NCBI GenBank assembly: GCA_905178155.1
Contig: CAJINV010000002.1
Span: forward strand, 6,912,743 to 6,976,742
Origin: Amoebophrya sp. A120
Taxonomy: Eukaryota > Protista > Dinoflagellata
DNA length: 64,000 nt
Reading direction: 5' to 3'
Each line of letters begins with the position of its first letter. Position 1 is the stretch's first letter. Made by a program: the position numbers and the translations under genes. Positions 12,600-23,690 of the stretch are shown one piece after another. Below the pieces are notes generated by a model. That model saw nothing but the letters and a program-made list of their open reading frames with translations. It was not told the origin of the DNA and made no database searches.

Positions 12600-15500
12600 A
12601 TGGCTGCCTCCAGCAGCTCCACCTCCCCGTCCCGCGGCCAGCAGCCGACCCTGCTGCGCGACCGTCCGGCGCTCGATGACCCGCTTGCATCCACCGACCT
12701 GTTTGGGAGCGGAAAAAGGGCGGCCGATCACAATGCGGTCGCGCAGGGAAGTCTGGCGTCCCTGCGGAAGTTCGACCCGGGCGGCGGCGCGATTGGCACG
12801 ACCGCGATCTTGCACCGCGACCAGGCGATCGACCAGAACATTCTGGAGCCGGATTTTAGCTTCCGAAGAAATTTCATCTCCGACCCAAACGTCCGGAAGT
12901 TGCCGCAGCTCCTGTGTCTCTGCGTCATCTTATCCACAGAAAATTTCCCATCCCCATCCAAAGGGCGATTTTTTTAATGAAAAAATCAATCAATTTTTCA
13001 AAAAAAAAATAAGGTGCGGACGGTAACGGCTGGACTATGTGCGTCATCATTCCGATAGCTAGCGACGTCTCCCGGAAGCAAATAGGTTTAGGTATATAGC
13101 TAGATCTTCCAAACACACATCAGATAAAGTCGGTCAGTGCCAGCGACGCCAGAGCCTGGGCCTACCCCTCGGAGAACCACGCTGGCTCGGCAGCATAAGG
13201 TGCTGGCCCGGCTTCAAATGAAGCTGAGACTTTGCCTCGGAAGGCTCGCGGCGAAAATTCTCGAACACTCTCGAGAATTTTCTTGCTCGGGCCTTCAAAA
13301 AATTTGAAAACGGTGCAACTTTCGAAAAAAACTCGCGTTCCCAAAAATCGTGGATGGGAAATTTTCGTACGGTGCTACGGTCAATTGAAAAATCTCCCAT
13401 CCTCTCACTTCTAAAGAGAAACGAGTGGATGGGAGATTTTTCAATTGACCGTAGCACTGTACGAAAATTTCCCATCCACAAATTTTTGAAAATTGAATGG
13501 TGGTGAACAATTTGAGCATTTTCGCTACCATTTTTTTGTGGATGGGAGATTTATGCACGGTGCTACGGTGAGTTGAAGAATCTCCCATCCACTCATTTCC
13601 AAAGAGAAGTGAGTGGATGGGAGATTTTTCAATTCACCGTAGCACCGTACGAAAATTTCCCATCCACTTTCAAAAAGTGCCACTTTTCGCTCATTTTGGC
13701 TGATTTTCACAATGTTGCTCAATTTTCGCGATTTTTTGCTGTTGGCCGGAGATGAAATGCTCTCGGATTGTTCATCAAATCCGAAAAATCGGCTTGTGGA
13801 TGGGAAATTTTCAGACACAAGCAGGCCCGCCCATATTACGACACATGGGGCCAGCGAGCATCTGCGCCGTCGCCTCCCCTGTCTCGGACCTCGGAATTGT
13901 GCCTTCAATGTGGGTGCTTTGATGTCAAGTAGCTAGCTAAATTACCTGATATATAAGGCTTCCGGGAAACGTCACTACCTAGTTCTCATCTCATGAAAAC
14001 ATCATCCAGATCATCAGCAAATACCTGTGAATTTTTTTGATTTTTTTTATGTTTTTTTGAATAAAAAAACCGGATTGTGGATGGGGATGGGAAATTTTCT
14101 GTGGATACATCTTCGTCGTCGGCTACAACTGCGTCCGCAATGTGAAAAATTGCGATGGCGAAGTGAAAACAAGAGTAATTGCTTCTGGATCTTCTACAAC
14201 GCCTTCTCCTTCACCATCATCCACAACCGACAACTACTACGAGGACTTGATCCACAAGACGATGCCTCACGCGTTTCTCTACGGGGCGGATTGTGCCCTC
14301 CGCGGCATGCTCGCGGGTTTGATTCTGGGCGATATTGCGCAGATCGTTCTCGACCAGTTTCCGGATCTGCAGGAAAAGGTCAAAATTCGCCTTATCGCGA
14401 GTTCGTTCGGCATTGTGCTCGCGGCCGTCGGTGTCTTTCTCGGTTTTCGCGAACAAAACACGGACTACTTCTTTCTCGGCCGTGCGGGCGGGACGGTCAT
14501 GTTCCTGCTCTACCATTTGTTCTCCATTGTGCGACAGTACGACAAGCCGACCTCCAAACTATTCGGCACTGGGAGGAAAATATCGCAAAACGAGGTCTCT
14601 TTCACGCGGGTGAACCAGGAAAGACGGATTCTGTTTTGGCGGTTCGTGAAGCTCTACGGCGTTTGGCTCCTGTGCTTCATCCTGTTTCTGTCTGCGAACC
14701 GGACTTTTTCCGAGCGGATTTACCCCGAAACTCGGTCGTGGCTGCAGAGCCAAATTCCCGATTGGCAGTACACGATCGCGTTCTTAGAGATGCTACTGGT
14801 CGCGTTTTTCTTTCAGGTCTGGCTCCCGCTGTTCTTCCGCTTCTTGGCGCACGGCGTGACGAATTTGGCGAAATTAAGACGCGAATTACTGTTCAACGAA
14901 GACCAGGCGGCGGAGTCTTTGATCGAGCACCAGGAGTACTGGGAGCGGATCGTGTTTTTCGTCAATTTTCAGATGGACTGCCTGCGGTTCTGCTGGGGAC
15001 GGGCGTTACTCTTGCGGATCTCCCGCTACGAGCTGTTTCTGTTTTTGGTCTTGAAGGATAGCTTGTACCACTACCGGCACTTTGGGGTCTGTTACATCGA
15101 CGCGGTGCGCTCCTTAATGGTAAAAGTGTTTGAGCCGAGCGGGGGAAAGGTCGGGCTAGAGCAGGAGGTGGAGCAGGTCGTGGAGTCGGAGTCGAGCTCT
15201 GAGGAAGAAGCTTTTTCGGACGAAGATGATGCTGATGCAACAAGTAATGCCGACGGAATTTTCGCGGACCAGGAAAGCAAAAACGACTTCTGCGCAACAT
15301 CTTCAAAAAACGACAACATCAGCAGTCCGACGATTCCCAATGAAAACTCCACAACCAGCGCGCCAAATGTGAACGCTGCTTCATCTTCTTTAGCTGGTTG
15401 TTCGGGATCTCCGGTGCCCCCAGCGGCAAAAGCGAAAACAAGCCCTCCGGCCTCAGGAGGAACTCCTCCAGCAGCTGCCGCTGCAAAGCAAGGCCAGGGT

Positions 15501-18500
15501 GGACAAGTCGGTGAGGACGTGGGCGCCGCGGCGACCTCCACATCAGATGTTGCAAAAGGAGAAGATCCTCAAACGCACACTCCCGCCGCACAGGTGGCGC
15601 AACAACAAGATCTCACGGAGGAAAAGCCTTCTTTTCTGTCAACCGCGAAACGCAATTTCAAGTCTCTGACTTCGATTCCGTCATTTCTCACTGCCGTGTG
15701 GAAGTACGAAATCGATTTCCAGCAATTAGCTACAGCGGACGATCAGGTGTCGAAGAGCACGCAACTGAATTCGCTTTTCAAGAGCAACCGGAGGGGCAGC
15801 GTCGACAGTACGATCGCGCTGTTAACGGGTGGAGCAGGTGGGCGAGGAAGCTTTGGTAACGTTGTTGAAACAGCAGCTGCACCAATGGACAGTATAGGAG
15901 TTTCAACTACTACAGCAGGTGGCGGGAGCAACGCAGCTTCGCCTGCTTTTCCAACAGGAACAACTGCCGGAGGAACTTCTCCATTTGGCGCAGGAGGAGC
16001 CTCCAGCCGCCCCGGCGGCGCGTCTTCGTCCGCCACGCCGTCCCTGTTTTCGGGCGCAAACAGCACCACCAGATCTGCGTTGAGCAGCCAAAAAACAGTC
16101 AGTAAGCTGGACGAAGCGAGCGCGTCCTTGGCGAAGTTTGACGCGGCGGTGACGGGTCAAGTGAAAAACAAAGCGGAGCTGACGCGCGGATTGAAAATCA
16201 ACGCCAAAAGTCCCATGATGCGAAAGAATTCGTCGGACGGAAGCGGCGGCTCAGCCATGATGAATGTGGGCAAGCAAAGCTCATTTGGTGCGAAGCAAAC
16301 CACGAAAACCGGGTCGCAGCGAGAAGCCGGACTCATGGAGGAGCTACGTAATTTTACACTTCCTCGTAGTTCTTCTTTTTTGTATCTTGAGCTGCATTGT
16401 GCCCCACGAGTTCGTTTTGAACTAAACTTGTCAAGATGAAAGCATGCCGGCTTCCACGAGGAACGCGTAGATGAGAGATTGTGATGACCAACTTGACTTT
16501 GTACAAAAAAATCAGGGATGTTTCGCGAGAATTTGGAATCGCGGAAGACAGAGCTTGTGGATCGTAAATCCACGGTGAAGCAGACTCCGGCGAACACCCG
16601 GAGCCTCACCTTCAAAAGATTGAAATCTGGTTTCGGCATGCTGAAATCCGCCCCCTTGCGAAAGCAGACCCCCACGTCGAAACGGAGCCACAAGCGCAAC
16701 GCAGATCCTGAAGCAGGACCGGAAAGGGGCAATCCCGCCGAGGAGAGCCCGACGCACTCAGACGACACTGATCCAGAAAACCCCACTGTCGGAAAGCAAA
16801 GCAGCGGTGTGTCCACTACGGTTGCATCTAAACGATCCTTCCGATCGCTCGCCCTTGGTGGGCGGTCACGTGTCCTCGGTAGGCTGTTCGGCGCGGGCGC
16901 TGCAACGCGGGATTGGGATGACGATGAGGACGAGGACGATGCCCAAACCAACAAGCGACTCAGTCAAAACTCCACTGACGAATACTCCGCCATCAATTTT
17001 CATTCTTCTCGCGCGATGCAGACGATACGGAGTCTCACACCGTCGGTGGTGCAGGATGTAGGCACGAGCACGGAGATGCTGTTGCGGGAGACCTTTCTGT
17101 CCGGTGCGCACATGATCAAAAACGTGTTCCCCTTGGTCCAGAAGCAATCCCACGTCATGCTGAGCAACAACGTTTGTGTGGTGGTTTCGAATCTTCCGGC
17201 CAACATCGGCAGGAGGAAAAGTGGCGGCAGTGTAGGGCGGGTTCCTGGTTCGGGTGGTACGGCATCGACAAAAGTGAAACGCTCGAAGTCCTTGCGGAAA
17301 AGAACCAAGAGCAGGAAATCGAACGCTTTTGATACCACCTCCACCTTCGGTGGTGACAAGACAGGTATTGACACGGCTGCACCCGATCTTGGCGACTGCG
17401 GGGGAGTAGATTTTTCCCCTCGCAGTGCTGGTGATGCTGTGCTAGCTCCTACGGACCCTCATGCGGACACCAGTACCAAAGAAAAAGATGCAGAAGATAC
17501 TTCAACCATATTCAGCGGGCTCTCCAAGAGCGCGCACCTGCGTAGTGGCAGATGGGCTAGAACAACCGTCGGCGCCGGTAGCAACTCTAGCGCGGATCTC
17601 AATGGAGGAGCGACTAGCAGCAGGGGCGCAGGTTCCTCTTCTCCATTAAGGCGAAACAACCAACGAACCAGGACGGAAGTTTTTACGGAAAAACTAAAGC
17701 AAACGGTTTTAACGGGCAGTAAAACGGCCAAGGAACGGAAAAAACGAGACGAGGAGAGGGCGGCAGGGGATCAGTCGGTTGGGCTTCACGTCACAACGTC
17801 GCGAAAAAGCGGTCGGGCGAGTATTGGATTAGGACTGCTGGCGAAACCGAATGAGGAAAGTGCGAAGTTGCCGGGTGCGGGAGCTACACCAAATAGCGCG
17901 TCTGCTGCAACGGGAAGCGCGCACTCGCAGCGAGCGACATCGAGCTTCGACTTTTTCGGAAGTTTGTCCACGGGTAGATTCAAACGCAACAGCACGTTGG
18001 CAGCAGGTTCGACGGATGATTTGGTATCAGCTCCTGACGGAAAGAGCGAGCGCGATGCTCAAGTAGAAGTGCCGAAACAGGACGATGAGGAAGAATCCCT
18101 GGACCCCGTGTTGCCCAAGATCACTGAACGATCTGAAGCGCCGGATGTTGCAGGCAAGAAGACTTTCGGCCCTGCTGCAAAGGAGGCGACAAAAGATAAT
18201 GAGAAGAACAAGCTCGGTATTCCTGGAGGTGGTGGACAGCAACAGCTGAGAGTCGGTTTTCGCTTCTCCTTGGTTTCCTCCATTTCCAAGCAGAGCTTCC
18301 GGCCCAGCGTCACGAAACAGGAAACTACGGACTCGGCAGCTGGTGGTGTCACTTCTGCGGCGTTGTTTTCCCCTTCGAAGTTCAACGCGACCAAGGCCGT
18401 GCGCGCTTTGGACGTGAATGCGACAGACGCGTTTTCCGCGATGACGAAAGCCAACAGCTTGATCAAGACTTTGGCCGGGTTCCAAACCGACAAACGGTTC

Positions 18501-19208
18501 TTCGCCCTGCGGGGGACCAACGCGAAAATGAACGCGGCGACGCGGGGTAAGATGCGTAGTCAGAACCCGGTGATCGACGAAATGCTGGAAGAGATGAATC
18601 TTGAGGTGTCTGCCGCGCATGTCGCCGTTGTCGAGGATATCTGCGACGCATTTCAGCTTCGGGTCTTTCTCCGTTACATGGCACGGTACATTGTGAAATT
18701 GATGACGTGTTTCGCCTTCTTGGCGACGCCGACGGTCGCAAGCTTGACCCCGACGAAGTATTTGCCTGGGTTTAACGAGTACTACGATAGCCACGCTTCA
18801 AGTGTTGAAAACAAGAACAGTCGGCAAACCATTTTTTTCGGAACAGACTCCCGGACCACGTTTCTCCTGATGGTGTGCACGTTTCTGGTTTTGGACTCGT
18901 TAGAGGCGGTGTTTCTGCTCTCCCAGGTGTTGCTGAAGTTCACGAATAAGCCGAAGGAAAAAATCAAAAAGTACAATGCGATTTTAGCGAACAAACCCCT
19001 GCGCTGGAGTTGCACGACGTTTTTAGTTTACGCCTTGATGGACGTCTTTCAGACCAGGTGGGATCCTTGGAGTCAGAGACTTTGGGAGGAGGAGATTGGC
19101 GTGGAAGGAAATACGGGTGGTGGTATAGGCGAAGTAAAGCCTTCTGGTCAGGGTCTAATGGCCATGCTCTTTCAAGCCTGTGAGGAAGACATTTTTAGTT
19201 TATTCTAG
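12600..19208 (+). CDS. large hypothetical multi-pass membrane protein (~1750 aa) with a very long Ser/Gly/Ala-rich loop; join(12600..12930,14113..16347,16516..19208)
   Basis: Three long ORFs join in frame after removing the 12931-14107 element (LCLCVI|FVVGYNC) and a GT-AG intron (16348-16515). Several hydrophobic helices lie at both the N- and C-terminal ends. No family recognised. Confidence 0.75.
12931..14107. mobile_element. large foldback introner-like element, 1177 bp, direct repeat CATCT
   Basis: Perfect 30-bp TIR TATCCACAGAAAATTTCCCATCCCCATCCA, with degenerate IR extending ~190 bp inward. CATCT at 12926-12930 and 14108-14112. Two internal ~130-bp palindromes. No credible ORF. Confidence 0.93.
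13350..13667. repeat. two tandem ~130-bp palindromes (13350-13479 and 13538-13667) with ~53-bp arms built from the TIR core GTGGATGGGAAATTTT
   Basis: Arm GTGGATGGGAAATTTTCGTACGGTGCTACGGTCAATTGAAAAATCTCCCATCC is followed by its reverse complement after a ~24-nt spacer; the second unit is a diverged copy. Confidence 0.9.
16348..16515 (+). other. canonical GT-AG intron (168 nt)
   Basis: GTAATT...ATCAG; gives EEL-R-MFRENL in frame. Confidence 0.8.
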
Positions 19209-20356
19209 GTGGCAGTTTTTGGGCGATGAAATATTGAAACTTGTCCTTCTAGTAGGTACAACGTGGTTAAAGTTTACAATTTCATTTTTCATCATCAAAT
19301 TGGAGATTGATGCTGGACTTTGCATAAAAATATAAAGCTTACCTGAGTGTGCGAGACTCTATCATATCGGTTGCGAAACAAGAGCCCTCGGGAAAAAGGT
19401 AAAAGCCAAGTTCACGTTGTGTCGTTGCCTGCAAAAGGTAAAAGCGAAGATCGGGGAGTCGGAGTGGTCTTCAGCTCTTGTAAAAAATAGCCCGCGATTG
19501 GAGAAAGACAAGGACATGAAAGTGGATTCGAGTTAGAACAACATGCGTTTTACATAATTGTAGTAAAAGTGACGCTGGTGGAGCTGGTGCCGGTGCGCAA
19601 AGTAGAACCAATTAATTCGAATGAATCTTCAAAACCTCTCGGCGAGTACTGCAACAAGAAATCGGCTCTATTGGAGTTAGGTGTTCAGCAGAAGCTTTTC
19701 CTCGATAATTTTCACCGAGCTCCAGTCAGAAGCACTTCTATCTCACTCCCATTGCGAAAAAGAACAGAGAGTCGGTTGCGTGTCTACCGTGTCATGATAG
19801 ATTTTGAGTATACTCCTGTTTGCTGCGGGGTTCGTTAGGTACGTATGTTGAGCATGACGCTAGACAGGAGTACTCTCTTGCAATAGCCACAGCATCAGGA
19901 CGACGAGGCGTTTGTACAGGACAAGGGAGCTTCGCTTGTGCAGATCATTATCCAGATCCCCAGTGACTGAAATTGTACCCCTACCCTTCTTGTCAATGAT
20001 GCCGAGCAAAACCTAAACCTACTATCTACTTTAGAGAAAATTTTATCGCACAGTAACATTATATATTTTACTTAGGAAGAAACCTCGCACTTGCTCTGTT
20101 TTTTTGGTTTTGTAATTGTATCGGGATATATGGTGCTCCACTCGATTGGGATTTCGCACTAGCCCGTTGCTGATTTTTTTATTGCTAATACGAACAGTTT
20201 GCCGATCAATAAATGCTCACATCCACCTACTCGTCCCTCCTGATCTCTTCGTCTTGGAAAGGGGGCTGCGAAACGAGTAAGAGCCCACTTCTGTACTTCT
20301 CGCGCAAGTCGTCCTACCACAACTTACAAAAAGCTGTCAAGAGCATCGTGGCGAAG

Positions 20357-22442
20357 ATGTTTTTCCACTTTCTCGTCCTCACCGCGGTCCTGCTGCTCTT
20401 TCCGGCGACCAATTTCTACGCGGCTACCGCGGCGCCGCTGAACACGGCGCGGGACCTTCACCGTCAGTACCACAATATCTTCCGCTATGGGAACCGGAAC
20501 GCCGCGAGCCACCTGTGGGTTTCGTTTTTGTTGAAGAGTGAGAACTATCAAATGCAAAAATGTCTGGGTGGTCTGGAAGAGTGCGCGACTTGTCATGCTG
20601 CTTTTCCATGACCCATGATGTCTGGAATGCAGGATCTAGCATGACAGATTCTGCGAGACCTTTATCATGCCTATCCTGCATGAGAAACCCCCTCCAGACT
20701 TGGTTAAAACTGGACGACTTCTGGTAATCATGCAACACAGATTTTTACATCCATGCGTCAGATTTAGCATGACAAGTTGCAATCTTCCAGACCCAGACAC
20801 TTTTACATTTGATAAGAACATGAAGGGATACAAAAACTTCGCGAAAATGGAGGAAATGTTCACGGCCTTCTGTCCGATTTCCGGCTCCCCCGTGAATCCC
20901 AACGATTACAACCGGTACGGGCTGGCGTTACCCGTCGTGCCGGAGTTAGCGGTCACGGAGGCGATGGAATTGCAGGCGGCAGCAACTGGTGCAGGCGGCA
21001 CACAAACGTCTTCAAATCAAGATCCCACAGCAGTCGTCCCAGCTGCGTCAAACAACAACCCGAACGCCAGTGCTGCGACAGCAGCTCCGGACGCCATTTT
21101 ACTTTCCACCGCGAACGCGGCCAGGTTTGGCTTCCTGCACTACTGCTGCTGGCCGTGCGTTTGCGACACCCAGGACTTCTTACGGGTGGACTCGAAGACA
21201 ATCACGTTACCGGTTGGGAAAAACAAGTTGATGGAAAAGAAGTACTACTTCGTGGTGATCGGGAACCCCTGTGAAAAGCAGTCGCACTTGGACAAACAAT
21301 TCTACCAACGTTTCGACGGCTATGGATGTGTCAGGTTTGAAACCGTCAAAGTTGAAATAGTTTGTCATGCATAAAACGGATACCAGTTAGACCTACAGTT
21401 TGTAGTCGGTGCATGACAAATCTCCCCGGTCCCGGAAGCGAGTCTGTCATGCGGTTTAGGGCAAAAGAGCTGCCTTCTGTCATGCTCGTCAGCAGTCCAA
21501 CTTTTGACCCTTACCAGGAGTATAATCTGCCTCCCGTGCGTCCTCTGCAATAGCGTCACTTTCTGTCTTGCATTTTATGCATGGCAAATCATTTCAACTT
21601 TGACGATTTCAATCCTGACACCCCCATAATGGCCGGCAAACGACATTACGACGCGAAGCGCCGGAGGTCAGGTGTGACGAGGATAACAACCTGATTGGCG
21701 CGACCTATTCCGTATGCATTGCAAAAGCATCGCACTAGTATAAATTGCATGACAAATTTTGGCAAGAAGGAAAGTGGAATTTGTAATGCTGTTTTGCCCT
21801 AGGAAAAATATTTGTCATGCATATTTGCAATTAGTTTTAGTACGAGTGCGATACTCTTGCACAGGATATTCCGACCACGGGTACGTGATCATCGGCATGT
21901 TTTTCGATTCAGAACCGGTGACAAAGGTTCCGACCCGCTACACCACCGAGTTTCCGAAAATCGGAGACGATTTCTCCTACGTGCAGCCGGGCAGGCCGAG
22001 TTACAAAACGGTTTCTGTGTCCGCCGGGGACGAGGTGAAAAGTAGTAGTGATGAAACAGCGGCAGCGGTGGTGAAACATGGCGAGAAGAGGGAGAAGCAG
22101 TTGCAGTTCATGAACGAGTCGGATTTCGACCAGATGTGTGCGCAGCGGAAGGCGCAGGGCTACAACTCCGGAATGGGGGAGATTTTTCGCAAGGTCGCAG
22201 AGATTGCGCCGATCTTTCTGCCGCTGGGCATCGAAATTCCGCGGGACGCGAGCGCAACGAACGGACTGGTCGGGGGAAAGAAATTGGCTTTGCCGGCGGG
22301 AGTGGGTCGTTTTGGTGCAGCGGTTGGAAGCAGTGTTGGCGAAGATGATGGGGACGTTTTGAAGAAGACAGTGGACCAGAAAAACGTGCTCGGCGTCGAC
22401 GCCACGGGCGCCAGGAGCCGGATCAGCAGTGGGGAACTGTGA
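20357..22442 (+). CDS. putative secreted Cys-containing conserved hypothetical protein, ~445 aa; join(20357..20545,20820..21320,21634..21712,21874..22442)
   Basis: Signal-peptide-like start MFFHFLVLTAVLLLFPA. Motifs IFRYGNRNAASHLW, FCPISGSPV, HYCCWPCVCDTQDF and YNSGMGEIFRKVA. Three insertions, each removed with one direct repeat, give one continuous frame. Confidence 0.82.
20546..20814. mobile_element. introner-like element, 269 bp, direct repeat AGAAC
   Basis: TATCAAATGCAAAAATGTCTGGG..TCTGGAAGA / TCTTCCAGACCCAGACACTTTTACATTTGATA. AGAAC at 20541-20545 and 20815-20819. TIR is related to the 2812 element. Confidence 0.9.
21321..21628. mobile_element. introner-like element, 308 bp, direct repeat ACGGC/ATGGC
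   Basis: ~55-nt IR starting TATGGATGTGTCAGGTTTGAAACCGTCAAAGTTGAAAT and ending ATTTCAACTTTGACGATTTCAATCCTGACACCCCCATA. Removal gives RFDG|RQTTLRREAPEV. Confidence 0.88.
21713..21868 (+). mobile_element. introner-like element, 156 bp, direct repeat TTCCG
   Basis: TATGCATTGCAAAAGCATCGCACTAGTA ... TACGAGTGCGATACTCTTGCACAGGATA. TTCCG at 21708-21712 and 21869-21873. Removal gives GATYS|DHGYVIIG. Colinear near-copy of 37546-37695. Confidence 0.92.
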
Positions 22443-22677
22443 CTAGATTCGACGTTTCCGCTCGGGTTCAGTTTTGAGTTTCTAACACAGTTCTTTCGCA
22501 ATTTGTTTGGGTTTTGAGTTTTTAGTTTACGAAAAAACCGTAACCGAGCTGTATTGCCTGAAGTTGAAATCATCCTAGTGCTGTAGGATGATGAACTTGA
22601 TACGAGATGATCGAGGGGGCTCATACTTTATGTTTATTTATAGTACTAAGAAGTGTAGTTTATTTCCTTTTGTTAAT

Positions 22678-23690
22678 CCCGCCCTTGTAGGGAAGGGAGC
22701 CCATGTGCTCGGAGCACAAAAGTACTTGGTCTGTCTTTAGGACCCAGCAGATGCCAGGACCGACTGGCAACGCGCTCAGAGTGAGACAATGTATCCGCCT
22801 CAGCTACGCGAGGCCTGTGGAGCATCTGGCCTAGTTCGGTCCGTGGAACGCTCGTCGCAGCAGGTCTAGCTCGCAGCTAGACCATCGCGCGCCGCCTTCA
22901 GCGTCTAAAAACATTGCCCACGCCCCTGTAGCCTCCCCTGTGGCATGCCCGTCGCATCCGATCGGTTGCGTGTGCAGCCCCGGAGCATACGACAACGGGA
23001 CGCCAATACAGGGCCACGCAGCGAGCGCGCAAAGATGTGCGAGACACGAAGGCCCGCGACTGCCATGCGCCTCCCTGCCACCTAGCAAGCACCTGAAAGC
23101 CATGGGCCCGCGTCCGAAGGATTGGGCTGCGCCCCCCATCGCTCTTAGTTACGCGCGTTGACGCATGCAATGCCCTCGCAGGGCTGGTCCCTGCGCCTTT
23201 CCCGTGCGTCCGCGTCTGCCCTCCGGGTTGCTGCCGTAGAGGCTGCCCTGGCATCGGGGGGCCTGCTCGTAGTAGATTCCCCCCCTCCTCTCTCTATCTG
23301 TGGAGAGATGGAGCAGTAGCATCCGCTAGAATACAGGATGCACGATGAACGCGGCACAAGGCTTGTAGCCCGCCGCCGACATTGAAAGATCGTGGCAAAA
23401 TCAATCAACACGACGCTCGTAGCGAAGACGCATTGATGCGGCCATCAGGAGCATGGATATAGAGCCCGCCGGTGCGCTCTAAGTCGCCCCCCCCAGCAAA
23501 GGGCGGCCCAGGCACCTCCAGGATCCTTGTTCACCTCTTGCGGCGTTCGTCCACATCACGAACGCAGAGGGTTCCTTCACACCCTTGCTCGCCCGTACTA
23601 CGTTGGGTGGATCGCTTTCCGGGAGACAGGGTCAAATTTAGAGCACCACAAACCTCTCGCAGAGCCGCGTGGAGCGTGTATGTATGTATG
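22678..23690 (+). mobile_element. ~1-kb non-LTR retroposon-like insertion (degenerate, probably 5'-truncated)
   Basis: Identical 17-bp flanks TATTTCCTTTTGTTAAT at 22661-22677 and 23691-23707. The insert ends in a GTGTATGTATGTATG microsatellite tail. GC-rich body, no intact ORF. Confidence 0.7.

Noticed and set aside
13448-13701. Fragments CCGTAGC and CATTTTGGCT resembling the dinoflagellate spliced leader
   Set aside because: They are short, non-contiguous matches inside a repeat element, not a relic leader upstream of a start codon.
13350-13812. Regularly recurring GGATGGGA..TTTT units resembling a CRISPR array
   Set aside because: The units alternate in orientation and the 'spacers' are copies of each other. 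They are palindromes inside a TIR element, in a eukaryotic context with no cas genes.
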